The notes below the pieces were generated by a model that made no database searches, was not told the DNA's origin, and was given only the letters and a program-made list of their open reading frames with translations. Made by a program: the position numbers and the translations under genes. From the NCBI GenBank assembly GCA_963815195.1, contig CAWFGE010000023.1, positions 1 to 64,000 of the forward strand: a DNA stretch of 64,000 bases. The letters run 5' to 3'. Source of the stretch: an uncultured Planctomycetaceae bacterium. GTDB taxonomy: Bacteria > Planctomycetota > Planctomycetia > Planctomycetales > Planctomycetaceae. Below are positions 1 through 9,449 of this stretch, one piece after another (the first letter of the stretch is position 1; every line of letters begins with the position of its first letter).

Positions 1-2067
1 TTGTTGTGCCCCCTTGGGATAGTGATTTGCTCGGTTTCGTGATTTTTGAGTTTTAGCATGGCGTCTTTAACCTCCTCAGTTTTGGGAAACAGATAGCACC
101 GATAAGTTGGATCGACAGAAACCACGATCTGTCTTTGCTCAATTTTATGATACATCCAGGATATGTTGCGCCCGATTTCCTGAGCCATTTCCGCGGCGGT
201 CCAGGCATGGGGCAGGTTCTTTGCACGCGGGCTTTTGATCCGGTAGCGATGTCTTAACTTGTTCACGATTTGCGAGGTGAATTGTTCGCCACGACAGGGA
301 TGATGGCCTTCGCGATTGAGATCCGCCGCGATCATTTCACTCGACCGGCCTTCGCTGGTTTCTTGCCGGATGCGTTCCACGATGTGCTCTTCCAAGTCCG
401 TGTGTTTCATTGAAAAACGCCGTAGGAGAGCCGACGTTTCGGTCACCGAACCGCCGGCCCAGACCATGCGAATTTGCACCAGCCCATCCGATTGCCGGTG
501 AAGATTGACTCCCGTAATCATCGTCCGCAACAACGACTTCTTCGCCTCCCAAGACAACTCGGGCCAGAGTTCGGGAAGCTGCCGCCCGACATCCGCGAAG
601 GCGTCTCGCAAGGACTTTGGTACGCGGATCGGTTGGGGAATTTCTCGGCGGGCATCCGCCAGGTTTTCTTCGGCTTGCTTTTGCGCCAACAAAGCCGATT
701 CCCATTTCTCTTCCAGACTGGCCGCAATCAAACGGTTCTTGGGATCGACACAGTCGTATTGTTGCTCGGCCCGATGGGCGGCGTATTGCAAGCACCGACG
801 TCTTGCTCCAAATGCCGAACCACGTCCGCATGCGTGCGAGCCCTTTCGGCGGAGAGTTTCTCCAACACATCGATCTCGGCAGGCCGCAGCACTTCAAAGA
901 AAGCTTCCGTCACCGCCTCGTCGATCTTGTTGCCGCCCAAGTACTGGCAGGATCGTTGGGCGTAATGCCGATAGCCAGAATTGCATGAGTATTGAAAGCG
1001 GTTCTCCTTGTAATTCACTCCCATCGTTCGACCGCATTTTCCGCAGCGCAATAAGCCCGTTAACAACGCGCAGCCGTTGCGGATGGCTTGCTTGGCGGCG
1101 AGTCGTTGTTGGATGCGGAGGTTGTTTTGAGCGATTCGGCGTTGGTTGTCTTCGTACTGCTCCCAACTGATATAGGCCGGGTAGATGCCGGGAATTAAGA
1201 CCGACCATTCCGCTTGGGGCCGGCGCGTGCGACCCGTGGCAGGACGACCGGGAATTCGTAGCGTGGGATCGACTTGCCGACGCCCATGAGCAAACGCGCC
1301 TGCATAAGCCGGGTTATGCAGGATCGAGCCCAACGAAGCGGCCGTGGCTTCTCTCCAAAACACTTCGCCCGCATAAAGGCCCGAAACTTGGCGCCGGGGA
1401 ATCTTCAAATTTTTCTTGGCCAGGAACGTCAAGACTTTTTGAATCGTGCCCAACTCCACGAACTTGTCGAACACCAAATGCAATCGCTTTTGAATGCTCA
1501 GATCGGGATCGAGCATCACCGTCTTGTCCAGATTGCGGACCAAGCCCGTCGGCAAGTTTTGCACCAACTCGCCCCGCGCGGCCTTCGACAATCGACCCGC
1601 GTCCAATCGCAATCGGAGGCTATGGAGTCTGCCGAAGACATCGTGCCCTTCAAGCCTAAGAGGAGCCTGTCGTTGAAATCCCGTGGATGATACAACCCAT
1701 CCACATCACCGATGAGTGTGTCAAAGATCGCACACAATTCCAACAGTCGATGCCAATCCACATCGTTGCGGGAAAGCCGTGAAACTTCATAGCCCAGAAT
1801 GATGCCAACCTTACCCAAGCCGACGTCGGCGACCATCTGTTGAAAGGCCCCGCGTCCCGCCGTTTGCGTGGCCGATTGCCCTTGATCATCCTCCAGGATG
1901 CTGACTTGTTCCGGCTTCCACCCCAACTCCAACAACCGGGTTTTCAAGGCTCGCTGGTTGTGGGCACTCTCTTGGTTTTTCTCGACCTGCTTCGTCGTGC
2001 TCTGACGAAGATATACGATCCCGCGGCGATTCAAATGGCTGGTGCTGACTTTCATCGATCCGTTCAT
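1..2067 (-). CDS. Large serine recombinase (resolvase + recombinase + zinc ribbon + coiled coil + C-terminal HTH-like extension); frameshifts near 1615 and 790; runs off the left edge
   Basis: YLRQST nucleophile motif, EVSRLSR, DRLLLGLKGTMS, ILHNPAYAG, CGKCG...C...C zinc ribbon; corrected frame gives QYDCVDPKNRLIAASLE and stays open to base 1. Confidence 0.9.
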
Positions 2068-2170
2068 GCTCCAGTTCCTCCGTTAGAATGACGACGATTT
2101 GCTGGATGATCCGCTGCTGCTCTGGAAGAGTCAGACGGTTCCACACCTGGTCCGTGGCAATGGGTGACAT
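1886..2170 (-). CDS. Small helical protein preceding and overlapping the recombinase start (possible accessory/directionality factor)
   Basis: MSPIATDQVWNRLTLPEQQRIIQQIVVILTEELEHE, with GGAAG upstream. The 3' part overlaps the recombinase and is uncertain. Confidence 0.5.
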   Translation of the reverse strand: MSPIATDQVWNRLTLPEQQRIIQQIVVILTEELEHERIDESQHQPFESPRDRISSSEHDEAGREKPRECPQPASLENPVVGVGVEAGTSQHPGG

Positions 2171-2462
2171 CGGCTTCCCTCCGAGAAAGAATATCCCGAA
2201 AGGTAGTCACCAAATCCTGGAGCGCGTCCAGGGTCAGACAGGAAGTTTTTTGGGGAGGAGCGGTGGAAAGGTTCGTGCTGCTGACGTCGATGTAGGTCAT
2301 CTCGTCAGGAAAAATCTCGACTTGATAATACTGACGATAACCTGGCAGGCGGGCTAAGCCGAACAAATCAAATGTTCGGCCATAAAGCGGATGGGCCGGA
2401 TCGGTGACGGTGATCTCACCGCGCGATAACTGAGTGACCAGAGGTGTCTTGTGATGGTCGGA
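2064..2462 (-). CDS. DUF5372/Y4bD-like small protein, with no start codon inside the element upstream of its conserved motif
   Basis: Frame open from the junction: SDHHKTPLVTQLSRGEITVTDPAHPLYGRTFDLFG...LTLDALQDLV. Resembles the VTHPFHPLxG proteins seen upstream of such recombinases. Confidence 0.6.
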   Translation of the reverse strand, partial: SDHHKTPLVTQLSRGEITVTDPAHPLYGRTFDLFGLARLPGYRQYYQVEIFPDEMTYIDVSSTNLSTAPPQKTSCLTLDALQDLVTTFRDILSRREADVTHCHGPGVEPSDSSRAAADHPANRRHSNGGTGA

Positions 2463-2463
2463 C

Positions 2464-2796
2464 CTTTCCAGTGCCGGGCGGACCGAGCAGTAAAATGTCG
2501 GCGGCTTCGCGAATAAACTTCCCCGTCGCCAGGTCCATGATTCGGCGTTTGGGCAGCGAGGGGTTGAAGGAAAAATCGAGTTGGTCGAGGGTTTTCATCT
2601 CGCGGAACTGGGCCAGCTTCAATCGCCGATCGATCGCCCGTTGGCGACGGATTGCCAACTCATCGCTTAACACCAGTTCCAAGAACTCGGCATGCGACAA
2701 GCCGTTGCCGATGGCTTCTTGCAGCCTGACTTCCAAGGATTCGATCAGGCCGCTCAAGCGGAGTTGCTTCAGCATCTGCATTAAATTTCCATTCAT
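2464..2796 (-). pseudogene. istB: IS21 helper ATPase IstB, 5' fragment truncated at Walker A
   Basis: LKQLRLSG...KTLDQLDFSFNP...ILLLGPPGTGK, then unrelated residues and a stop at 2416. Confidence 0.9.
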
Positions 2797-4377
2797 CGGT
2801 TTTGCTCCTTTCGAAGAGCGGCTTTGACAAACTCGGAATAACTCACCAGCGGCCGAATGACCGGGTGTTCGTCTAAAAACTCAAACTGGGCTTGCACGGG
2901 GGCGTTGCGGTCGATCAGCTTGCGAACGGTCCTCAGTCGGTAGGCTCCATACGAGTGGGCGGTGCGGCACGCGCGTTCGATGTCCTCGCGCGAATGCTTG
3001 TCGGCCAGTTGCTTGAGGCCCATCAACACCCGCACGCCCTCAATGCCGCGTGCTCCCAGCATGGCCGCGGACCAATCCCTGGTTTCCGGGCCGATTTCGC
3101 TGACTTTCGCCAGCCACCAGGTGGCTCCGCGTTCCACGCCGGAGATTTTCCTCGCGTGCAAATGGGTGTTCTGCGTGCTGAACTTTCCCGGTTCTTGACG
3201 GGCATGCAAGGCGATCTGTTCCAGCTTGGCATTGAAGATGCGCACCAGCCGCGCATCCCAGCGCACCCAGACTTTCCTTCCCAGAAATTCCGGCGGCACG
3301 GAGTAATACGCCTTGTCCACGGAAATGTGCCCATCGCGATGCACGCTCCGCAGGGCTTCATGGAAAAACGGAAATCGTTCCAACGGCAACGGCAACGGAA
3401 ACAGTGCTGACCGTTCCCGTTCGCGAAACGCCTTGCCCACTTGCTCTCTGGTCGTTCCATGAATCCGCGTATCGGCCACGGTGGATTCCCAGGCCCACAA
3501 GTGTTCGTTCTGTTCGCGCAGGCTTCGGAACGTCCGCCCTTTGAGTGCGTTTTCTTGGGCGTAGTCCACGCCGCGTTCGACCTTGCCTTTGTGTCGGGGC
3601 GTGCGAACCCGCGTGGGCAAAAACACCGTGCCGTAGTGCGCGGCGAACGATTGAATCTTGGGGTTCAGTTCCGGGTCGAACCAATCCGCCTTGCTCACGG
3701 CGGCGCGCAAGTTATCGATGATCAGAGTCTTGGGCACACCTCCAAAATGCCAGAACGCACTCTCCAGACACCGAATGAAGTTGTCGGTGGTCTGGCGATC
3801 GATCGCTTCCGTGTAGCCTTTACGGCTGTGGCTCAGCACGACCCGCAACACGTGTGGCCGGCGACGACGGCCGTTCTCATCCACGACGGCCGCGGCTTGG
3901 CCAAAGTCCACTTGAGCTTCCGCGCCGGGCTGCGCATTCCAATCGACGAAACGGCAACTCCTTCGAAGACCGCAACTGCCGCACGAAGCGTTTCACGCTG
4001 TCGTAGCCATGGGGAAAATCATGGTCATTCGACAGGTCCTGGAAAATTCGCTGCGCGGAAAGTCCCTGGCCGAGCTTTTCTAAAATGACATCCCGCCAAG
4101 GCTCGCAGCGGCTCCGCGAAAGTTCCGACTCGTCCTTCTCAGAATCGTCTTCAAGGGCCTCACGAAGGTCCTCCGACCCGGCGGGCAGTTGGCCCTCGGA
4201 CCCGGTGGGCACTTTGGCCTCGGACCCGGTGGGCACTTTGGCCGGTTTTGAAGCGAGATGGGCGGCCACCGTTGAACGGTGAATGCCCAATTCGCGGGCA
4301 ATCTTGCGCAAAGACCAGCCTTGAGTGCGCAAAGTGTGAATGGCTTGAACCGTGTCCATCGAGAGCTGATTCGACAT
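2793..4377 (-). CDS. istA: IS21 transposase IstA (frameshift near 3925)
   Basis: N-terminal HTH SLRKIARELGIHRSTV; QVDFG, IIDNLRA and KGKVERG form the DDE triad; YSVP motif. Confidence 0.93.
4170..4241. repeat. In-frame 24-bp tandem repeat in istA (two identical copies, one degenerate)
   Basis: cctcggacccggtgggcactttgg at 4194-4217 and 4218-4241; degenerate copy at 4170-4193; encodes AKVPTGSE. Confidence 0.9.
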
Positions 4378-4440
4378 CGCTTGTTTTCCTCTGAGAAAAC
4401 TCAAAGGAGAACAAAATGTCGAATCCCTTTCCTCTCAAAA

Positions 4441-4491
4441 TGGCCGGTTTTGAACTGCCCACAAGTGGCCGGTTTTCACTGCCCGGTGACA
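4441..4491 (-). repeat. IS21 left terminal repeats (transposase-binding sites)
   Basis: tggccggttttgaactgccc at 4441-4460 and tggccggttttcactgccc at 4466-4484; terminal CA at 4490-4491. Confidence 0.88.
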
Positions 4492-4951
4492 CACGGCACT
4501 GGGCAAGGTGACGCAGCAAAATGGCCGCCGGCTGGCGATACTGGAGGGGAATCTAGCCAAGCCGGAGATCATGTCTGTTGTTTCCAAGCACGGGGACCGG
4601 GCGGTGGACTTTCTCTGGGAGAATCGGAACACTCTCGCTGGGGGAGCGGCACTGACAGCGTTTCTCGTCAATCCCGAGCCGTTTCTGAATGGCACGCGGG
4701 ACATCGCGGAAGTGGCGACAAATGGAATTGTTAAACCCGTTGTGAACGGCGTGTCCACCATCGCCAGCCTGGTATTGGGAGTCCTGGCAGTGCTTCTTGT
4801 TTGTGGAACATCGCTCATTTCCAAGCATGGTTTTCCCCGGCTGTCTCAGATGCATTCGGGGTTCGCATTGCTGAAAAAATCGCGGGTCAAGCTGGAAAGT
4901 GATTCGAAGCGAACCGTTGTGACCGACCAGATTCCTCCTCGGCAAGAGTAG
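4492..4951 (+). pseudogene. 3' part of a membrane protein gene interrupted by IS21
   Basis: Frame open from the IS end (TALGKVTQQNGRRLA...GDRAVDFLWENR...FLVNPEPFLNG) with a C-terminal hydrophobic helix and no RBS. Confidence 0.6.
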
Positions 4952-4997
4952 GTTGTAACCCGGCCAGGGAGGGCCTTATTTCCGAAAGGATAAATCA

Positions 4998-5090
4998 ATG
5001 GAATTCATCGTGATTCTCGCCATACTGGCCGGCCTTGGTCTCAAATACAAAGTCAAGGAAACCGAGTGGCGACTGCGCAATAAGAAATGA
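4998..5090 (+). CDS. 30-aa single-TM basic peptide (not in the ORF track)
   Basis: AAAGGA RBS, then MEFIVILAILAGLGLKYKVKETEWRLRNKK*. Confidence 0.6.
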   Translation: MEFIVILAILAGLGLKYKVKETEWRLRNKK

Positions 5091-5131
5091 ACGTCCCTGG
5101 GCCAGGGAGGGCCTGCTTTGTCAGGTGCTAT

Positions 5132-5331
5132 ATGTCAAAGCCATTCCGTGATGAATTCGCGTGGGCAACCGCCTGCCGCTTGGTTGATATTGTCGCGCCA
5201 TGTCTTCGCGAGGAAGAGCAGGCCGATGCCCGCGAAGAATTCTACGATCTCATCATAGTGGCGCTTAGGGCCTACGACGGCATGTCGAGCCGTAAGGCGG
5301 TTCGGCGGCGGTTCGCCCCAGCAATAACTGA
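5132..5331 (+). CDS. Small hypothetical island protein (probably a separate gene, fused to the next ORF by an indel)
   Basis: MSKPFRDEFAWATACRLVDIVAPCLREEEQADAREEFYD...; one extra C in the gcccc run would end it as PSNN* near 5331. Confidence 0.5.
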
Positions 5332-5428
5332 GAAATGCCACAAGCAGTCAGAGATAGGCTGCATAAACGGCCCGCATGGATATGGAGTGAAAACCAGTCG
5401 CGGGCATTTCGGTTTCGGAGACATGATA

Positions 5429-5704
5429 ATGACACTCGACGAACGGCTGGAGAAAATCGAGTCCATGCTCGCGGTCTTGATCGAACGCCAGATGGTGAGG
5501 GAATTCTATGAGGTGGAGGAGTTTGCCCGGATCGTGGGCAAAGCTCCCTTTACCGTCCGCGAATGGGCACGGCTCGGCCGCATCAATGCGCAGAAACGGG
5601 GATCAGGTCGCGGGCTGCATGCCGCCTGGGTGTTCTCACATGCGGAGTTGCTCCGGTATCAGCGGGACGGGCTGCTTCCCATCCCGCGATTGCAAGGCCA
5701 GTAG
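5429..5704 (+). CDS. Excisionase-like HTH (HTH_17/MerR-type) protein
   Basis: GGAG RBS; YEVEEFARIVGKAPFTVREWARLGRINAQK; convergent with the integrase. Confidence 0.75.
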   Translation: MTLDERLEKIESMLAVLIERQMVREFYEVEEFARIVGKAPFTVREWARLGRINAQKRGSGRGLHAAWVFSHAELLRYQRDGLLPIPRLQGQ

Positions 5705-5708
5705 GAAT

Positions 5709-7142
5709 TCACAAGCGTGAGGACTGCCGGTCGCCTTCAACTCCCCGTGTGTTCTCAGTCTTCCGGCTCCGTTCTGCTGTCTGCGGCTGCGATTCGTGTT
5801 GTGTATGCGAAGCGCCGAAAATGGCGGAAAGGGCTTCCCGTTGCGTGCTGGGATACATGTGGGAGTAGCGGCGGCTCATCTCCTGGCTCATGTGTCCGGC
5901 CCACGTTTCCACCAGCCGTTGGTCGATCCCCCGGTTGGCACAGGCGGATACGAACGAGTGCCGCAGGACATGCCAACCCTTCAACACGTTCCATTGGCTG
6001 TTACTCAGGGTGCGTTTGAAATGATCATGGGCCTCGTCCTTGGTGAGAGGCGTTAGCGTCCCGGTCTTGCGTTGGTGAACGCCGGCCTGTCGCTGTGTTG
6101 CTTTGGTGGATCGCTTCTTTTGACCCAGGTGGCCGGTGGTGGAACTCCGCTTCCGACTGCGGTTCACGATGGTTTCATGGCAGAATAGCCAGGAGCCGCC
6201 GGGATGATGGGACAACCATTCCTGCATGACCTCGACGAGAAATTCGGACATCGGCACGCGGCGGGTTGTCTCACGTCCCTTGACTCGCTTTCGTTCATGA
6301 ATCGTCAGGATTTGGCCCTCAAGATCCACATCCGCCACTTTCAGCCGGAGCAGTTCCGAGCGCCGTGCCCCGGTGTGAGCCGCCAGGCAAAACATGGAAT
6401 AGATGAATCCGTGAGCGGCATGAGCTTCGACATGGCGGAGCAGTTCCGAGATTTCGCCGATCTGGAGATACAGCGAATCGTACAACTCCGCTTGCTGGGC
6501 TTCGCTGAGTCCCCCGGCGTTGATCTGCCGTTCGATTTCCGCGAGGGTCTGGAACGGTGGCTTTTCGGTCGTTTTCGGGTAACGCAGGCCCTCATTGGGA
6601 AATCGGCCAGAAACAAGGTCCATTCTCGCGGCCCAATTCCAGGCCGTCCGCAGTGAGACGATCTCTTTTTTGATGGTCGTGGCCGAGACTTTTCGGGCCT
6701 TCTTGCCATGAGGTTTCATTCGCCCGTCAACGTATCCTTGAAGATCCGCCAACGTCAGATCGGCAATGGGAAAGGAGTCGCCAAAATGCCTTGCGAAATG
6801 GCGAAAGTGAATTTGGAGGGTGGCCAGCGTGCTTGCTTCCAGGGAGTTCTCATGGGTTGCCAGATACTGCTGCTGAAGGGCCTGAAGCGTCAGTTTGGCG
6901 GGAGCGGGAAGGGGGTCTTCGACGGGCGGCTTCTGGCCATCAAATTGAACATACTCCACGATGTCCATGCCTGCCGGCAGGACGGCCAGGTTTTGCCTCA
7001 GCCGCATCAGCAGATAATCGACCTGGGCGCATTTTGTGGCCGCTTCTCCGCTGGACACTTTGCCAATGGTAAAACTCTGCTGTTTACCCTGGTATCGGAA
7101 GATCACCCGGTAGGTTTCATTTCGGTATTGCAAGGCGGCCAT
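5709..7142 (-). CDS. Tyrosine recombinase/integrase
   Basis: TGARRSE, HVLRHS, AGH, RRYSH catalytic residues; N-terminal arm-binding-like region; adjacent to a tRNA. Confidence 0.95.
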   Translation of the reverse strand: MAALQYRNETYRVIFRYQGKQQSFTIGKVSSGEAATKCAQVDYLLMRLRQNLAVLPAGMDIVEYVQFDGQKPPVEDPLPAPAKLTLQALQQQYLATHENSLEASTLATLQIHFRHFARHFGDSFPIADLTLADLQGYVDGRMKPHGKKARKVSATTIKKEIVSLRTAWNWAARMDLVSGRFPNEGLRYPKTTEKPPFQTLAEIERQINAGGLSEAQQAELYDSLYLQIGEISELLRHVEAHAAHGFIYSMFCLAAHTGARRSELLRLKVADVDLEGQILTIHERKRVKGRETTRRVPMSEFLVEVMQEWLSHHPGGSWLFCHETIVNRSRKRSSTTGHLGQKKRSTKATQRQAGVHQRKTGTLTPLTKDEAHDHFKRTLSNSQWNVLKGWHVLRHSFVSACANRGIDQRLVETWAGHMSQEMSRRYSHMYPSTQREALSAIFGASHTQHESQPQTAERSRKTENTRGVEGDRQSSRL

Positions 7143-7173
7143 CGAATTGCGGCTCCAATGTCACCGCAACGCC

Positions 7174-7191
7174 GTTACCATTTTGTTACCA
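7174..7191. promoter_or_regulatory. Candidate integrase arm-type sites
   Basis: gttacca repeated with 11-bp period (7174-7180, 7185-7191) between the int start and the tRNA. Confidence 0.45.
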
Positions 7192-7221
7192 ATTCGGTTT
7201 TTCCGGCTCCGAGAAATGCGT

Positions 7222-7253
7222 TGCGGCTTCCTAAATAATTCTAGGAAGCCGCA
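7222..7253 (-). terminator. Hairpin downstream of the tRNA (probable terminator)
   Basis: Perfect 12-bp stem tgcggcttccta/taggaagccgca with an 8-nt loop; no clean U tract. Confidence 0.55.
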
Positions 7254-7289
7254 CGAAAAGGCCATGTTTTTCAGGGCTTTTTGCCTGAG

Positions 7290-7374
7290 TGCCCAAGAGA
7301 GGACTCGAACCTCCACGTCCGTTAAGGACACTAGGTCCTGAACCTAGCGCGTCTGCCAATTCCGCCACTTGGGC
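7290..7374 (-). tRNA. tRNA-Leu (anticodon CAG), CCA not encoded
   Basis: GCCCAAG/CTTGGGC acceptor stem, CTAGG-TTCAGGA-CCTAG anticodon arm, long variable arm, GGTTCGAGTCC T arm. Confidence 0.97.
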
Positions 7375-7582
7375 GTTGGGTCGGATTTCTTTCAGGAAGG
7401 ATAACGGGTTAATATCCGGTCGGCAAGAGCCTGGCGCGAAATCTTGCCGATGGGGATTTAAGGAACGCCTTCGATGGGAGACGCGAACGGTTTTGTCTAA
7501 GATAGGCTGAGCGGGGCGGGTGGATTTTGAAGATTGGATTTGGGGGCCGCAAGCTTAGACATGGCGTTTTTCTCGGCGAATT

Positions 7583-8304
7583 TTGAGCCGCCTTCTGTGC
7601 GGGTTCCGCGGATGGGAGTTGCGGCGGTTCTGTGTGAGCGAACTGGGCAAGCCCGAGTTGGCGTTTTGGATTCCCGCGGACCCGGACGCGTTTTTGGAGG
7701 ATGAGGAATCCATCGCGGCCCACGGGCCTGTGCCGGACCGCCCCCTGCGGAGCGATATTCCCTTCTGGCAGTATTTGTGGCCCGCCGCCGAGCCCATGGC
7801 CCGGTTGGTGTTTGCCCAAGATTGGCGGGCGGATGGCTTGGCGGCGGGGGAACCGATCCGGGCGCTCGAGCTGGGGGCGGGCGTGGGTTTGGTGGGCTTG
7901 GCGGGGCTTGCGGCGGGATTGCACGTGACGTTCAGCGATTACCAGGAATCCGCGCTGGCCGTGGCCGCGGACAATGCCCGGCGGAACGGGTTTTCGGAAT
8001 CCGAGTTTGAGACAAAGCGGTTGGATTGGAACGCTCCGTCCAATGCGCAGTTTCCCGTGATCCTCGGCTGCGAAGTGATTTACGAGCGTGCCATCCACGA
8101 GCCGATTTTGAATGTGCTCGACCAGATGCTCGCGCCGGGCGGAGTGGCGTGGCTGGGCGATCCGGGACGCGCCGGCTGCCCCAATTCCTCGAGGCGGCTC
8201 GTGATCGAGGCTATGCCGTCGAACTCCAGAACGCCCAGGGGCAGACTCAGCCCGACTTAGCGTTTGGCGAGTTTCAACTCTTGATCCTGCGGCGCGAAGG
8301 CTAA
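7583..8304 (+). CDS. Class I SAM methyltransferase, Methyltransf_16-like (frameshift near 8180; start uncertain)
   Basis: FWQYLWPAA, LELGAGVGL, SDY, LDW, GCEVIYE, GDPGR motifs. Confidence 0.8.
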
Positions 8305-9143
8305 TCGGCTGGGGGCGATTCGGGCGTCGAGCCAATCGGCAATCGTTCCCGCGGTGACCGGCCAATCGGGTTCGTTGAGCAACTCGTGCAAGTGGTCGGG
8401 ATACGGGCGGAATGTTTTGTCAGGGCTGGGCACGTTTTCCAGCCAGAGTTCGGGGGCCTTGGGGTCGACGATTTCATCGGCCCCGGCTTGGAGGACGAGG
8501 ATCGGAACCTTTATCTGGTTGGCATGTTTCCAGGCCGACTGCACGCCGGACCGCATCGCAAAAAACCAGCGGGCGGTGACCGAGCGGTGGACGAGGGCGT
8601 CGTTCATCCGCCGCTCGAGAGCCTGCGGGCAGCGGGTCGTCAGCCGGGGATCGACGCGGGTGCGAAACCGCGCGCGGGCGCGACGACCGAAAGCACCCGC
8701 CCCAAGGCAAGCGTCCGGCGGGAGATGGGAACCTTCACCCTCAAGAGCGGCGACACCAGCACCAGCCCGGCCACGCGGTCCGGATAGAGCTGCGCGTGCC
8801 GAATCGCAACGAGACCGCCCATGCTGTGGCCCAGGACAGCCGTCGATTCGGGAGCCAGGTCGTAATGCGCGCGGATCAATTCCAGATCGTGGGCATAATG
8901 CCGGAAGGATTTGACGTGCGTGGGCACGCCGGTGGATCGCCCGTGCCCGCGGTGATCGCCGATGATCACGTTCCAGCCGCGCTCCGTGAAAAACTCGGCG
9001 ACGTGGGCGTAGCGTTCGCCGTGCTCCGAGGCCCCGTGGGCAATCAGCAAGGTCCGGCCGGCGGGGGCGACCCGGGATTCGTACCGCCGCACGAACAGCC
9101 AATGCCGATCGGGGGTGCGAATCTCGGTTTCGTGAAAGTGCAT
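8257..9143 (-). CDS. Alpha/beta hydrolase, lysophospholipase/monoglyceride lipase type (frameshift near 8660; true stop may be at 8301)
   Basis: HGASEHGERY, DHRGHGRS, GHSMGG nucleophile, DEIV and HELLNE catalytic residues. Confidence 0.88.
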
Positions 9144-9449
9144 CACGCGCCGCCTTAAAATTGCATCGCACGTTCCTGATGCCCCATCGGCACTGAACGG
9201 GGGAAGGGAGCGTTTCCGTGCGGGTCTCAAGAATTGTAGAAGGAGATTGAGGACGGACCAGGGGTCAATTCCTCCAGGCCCCATCGATCAATTATCGGTG
9301 ATGCGTCGACCGGTTCGGTGGAAGAACTGGCCCGGAATTCCCACGGACGAGGAAATTGCAACGAATCCCCGCATCCTGCCAAATGGAGAGACTTTGCCGG
9401 AATTCACGCTTGTCGCCCCTTGGTCTTGGCATCGGGGATTGGCCGTGGG

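Larger units (their letters stand above)
1..2463 (-). mobile_element. Large serine recombinase element inserted in istB
   Basis: istB similarity stops right after GPPGTGK; followed by two small ORFs and the recombinase. The other end lies outside the window. Confidence 0.75.
2464..4491 (-). mobile_element. IS21-family insertion sequence (left end, istA, 5' istB)
   Basis: Minus-strand end TGTCACCGGGCAGTGAAAACCGGCCA with terminal TG and two internal repeats; istA and istB overlap by ATGA at 2793-2796. Confidence 0.92.
1..7290. mobile_element. Right part of a tRNA-Leu-integrated genomic island (continues left of window)
   Basis: Tyrosine integrase ~150 bp from the tRNA 3' end, convergent excisionase-like gene, mobile cargo, visibly less GC-rich than downstream core genes. 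The second att copy is not in the window. Confidence 0.85.

Noticed and set aside
3381..3398. caacgg x3 microrepeat in istA (PLPLPL)
   Set aside because: Short in-frame slippage with no evident function.
5087..5704. Single 205-aa fused ORF
   Set aside because: An internal RBS and start at 5429 and a non-protein-like linker suggest two genes joined by a missing base.
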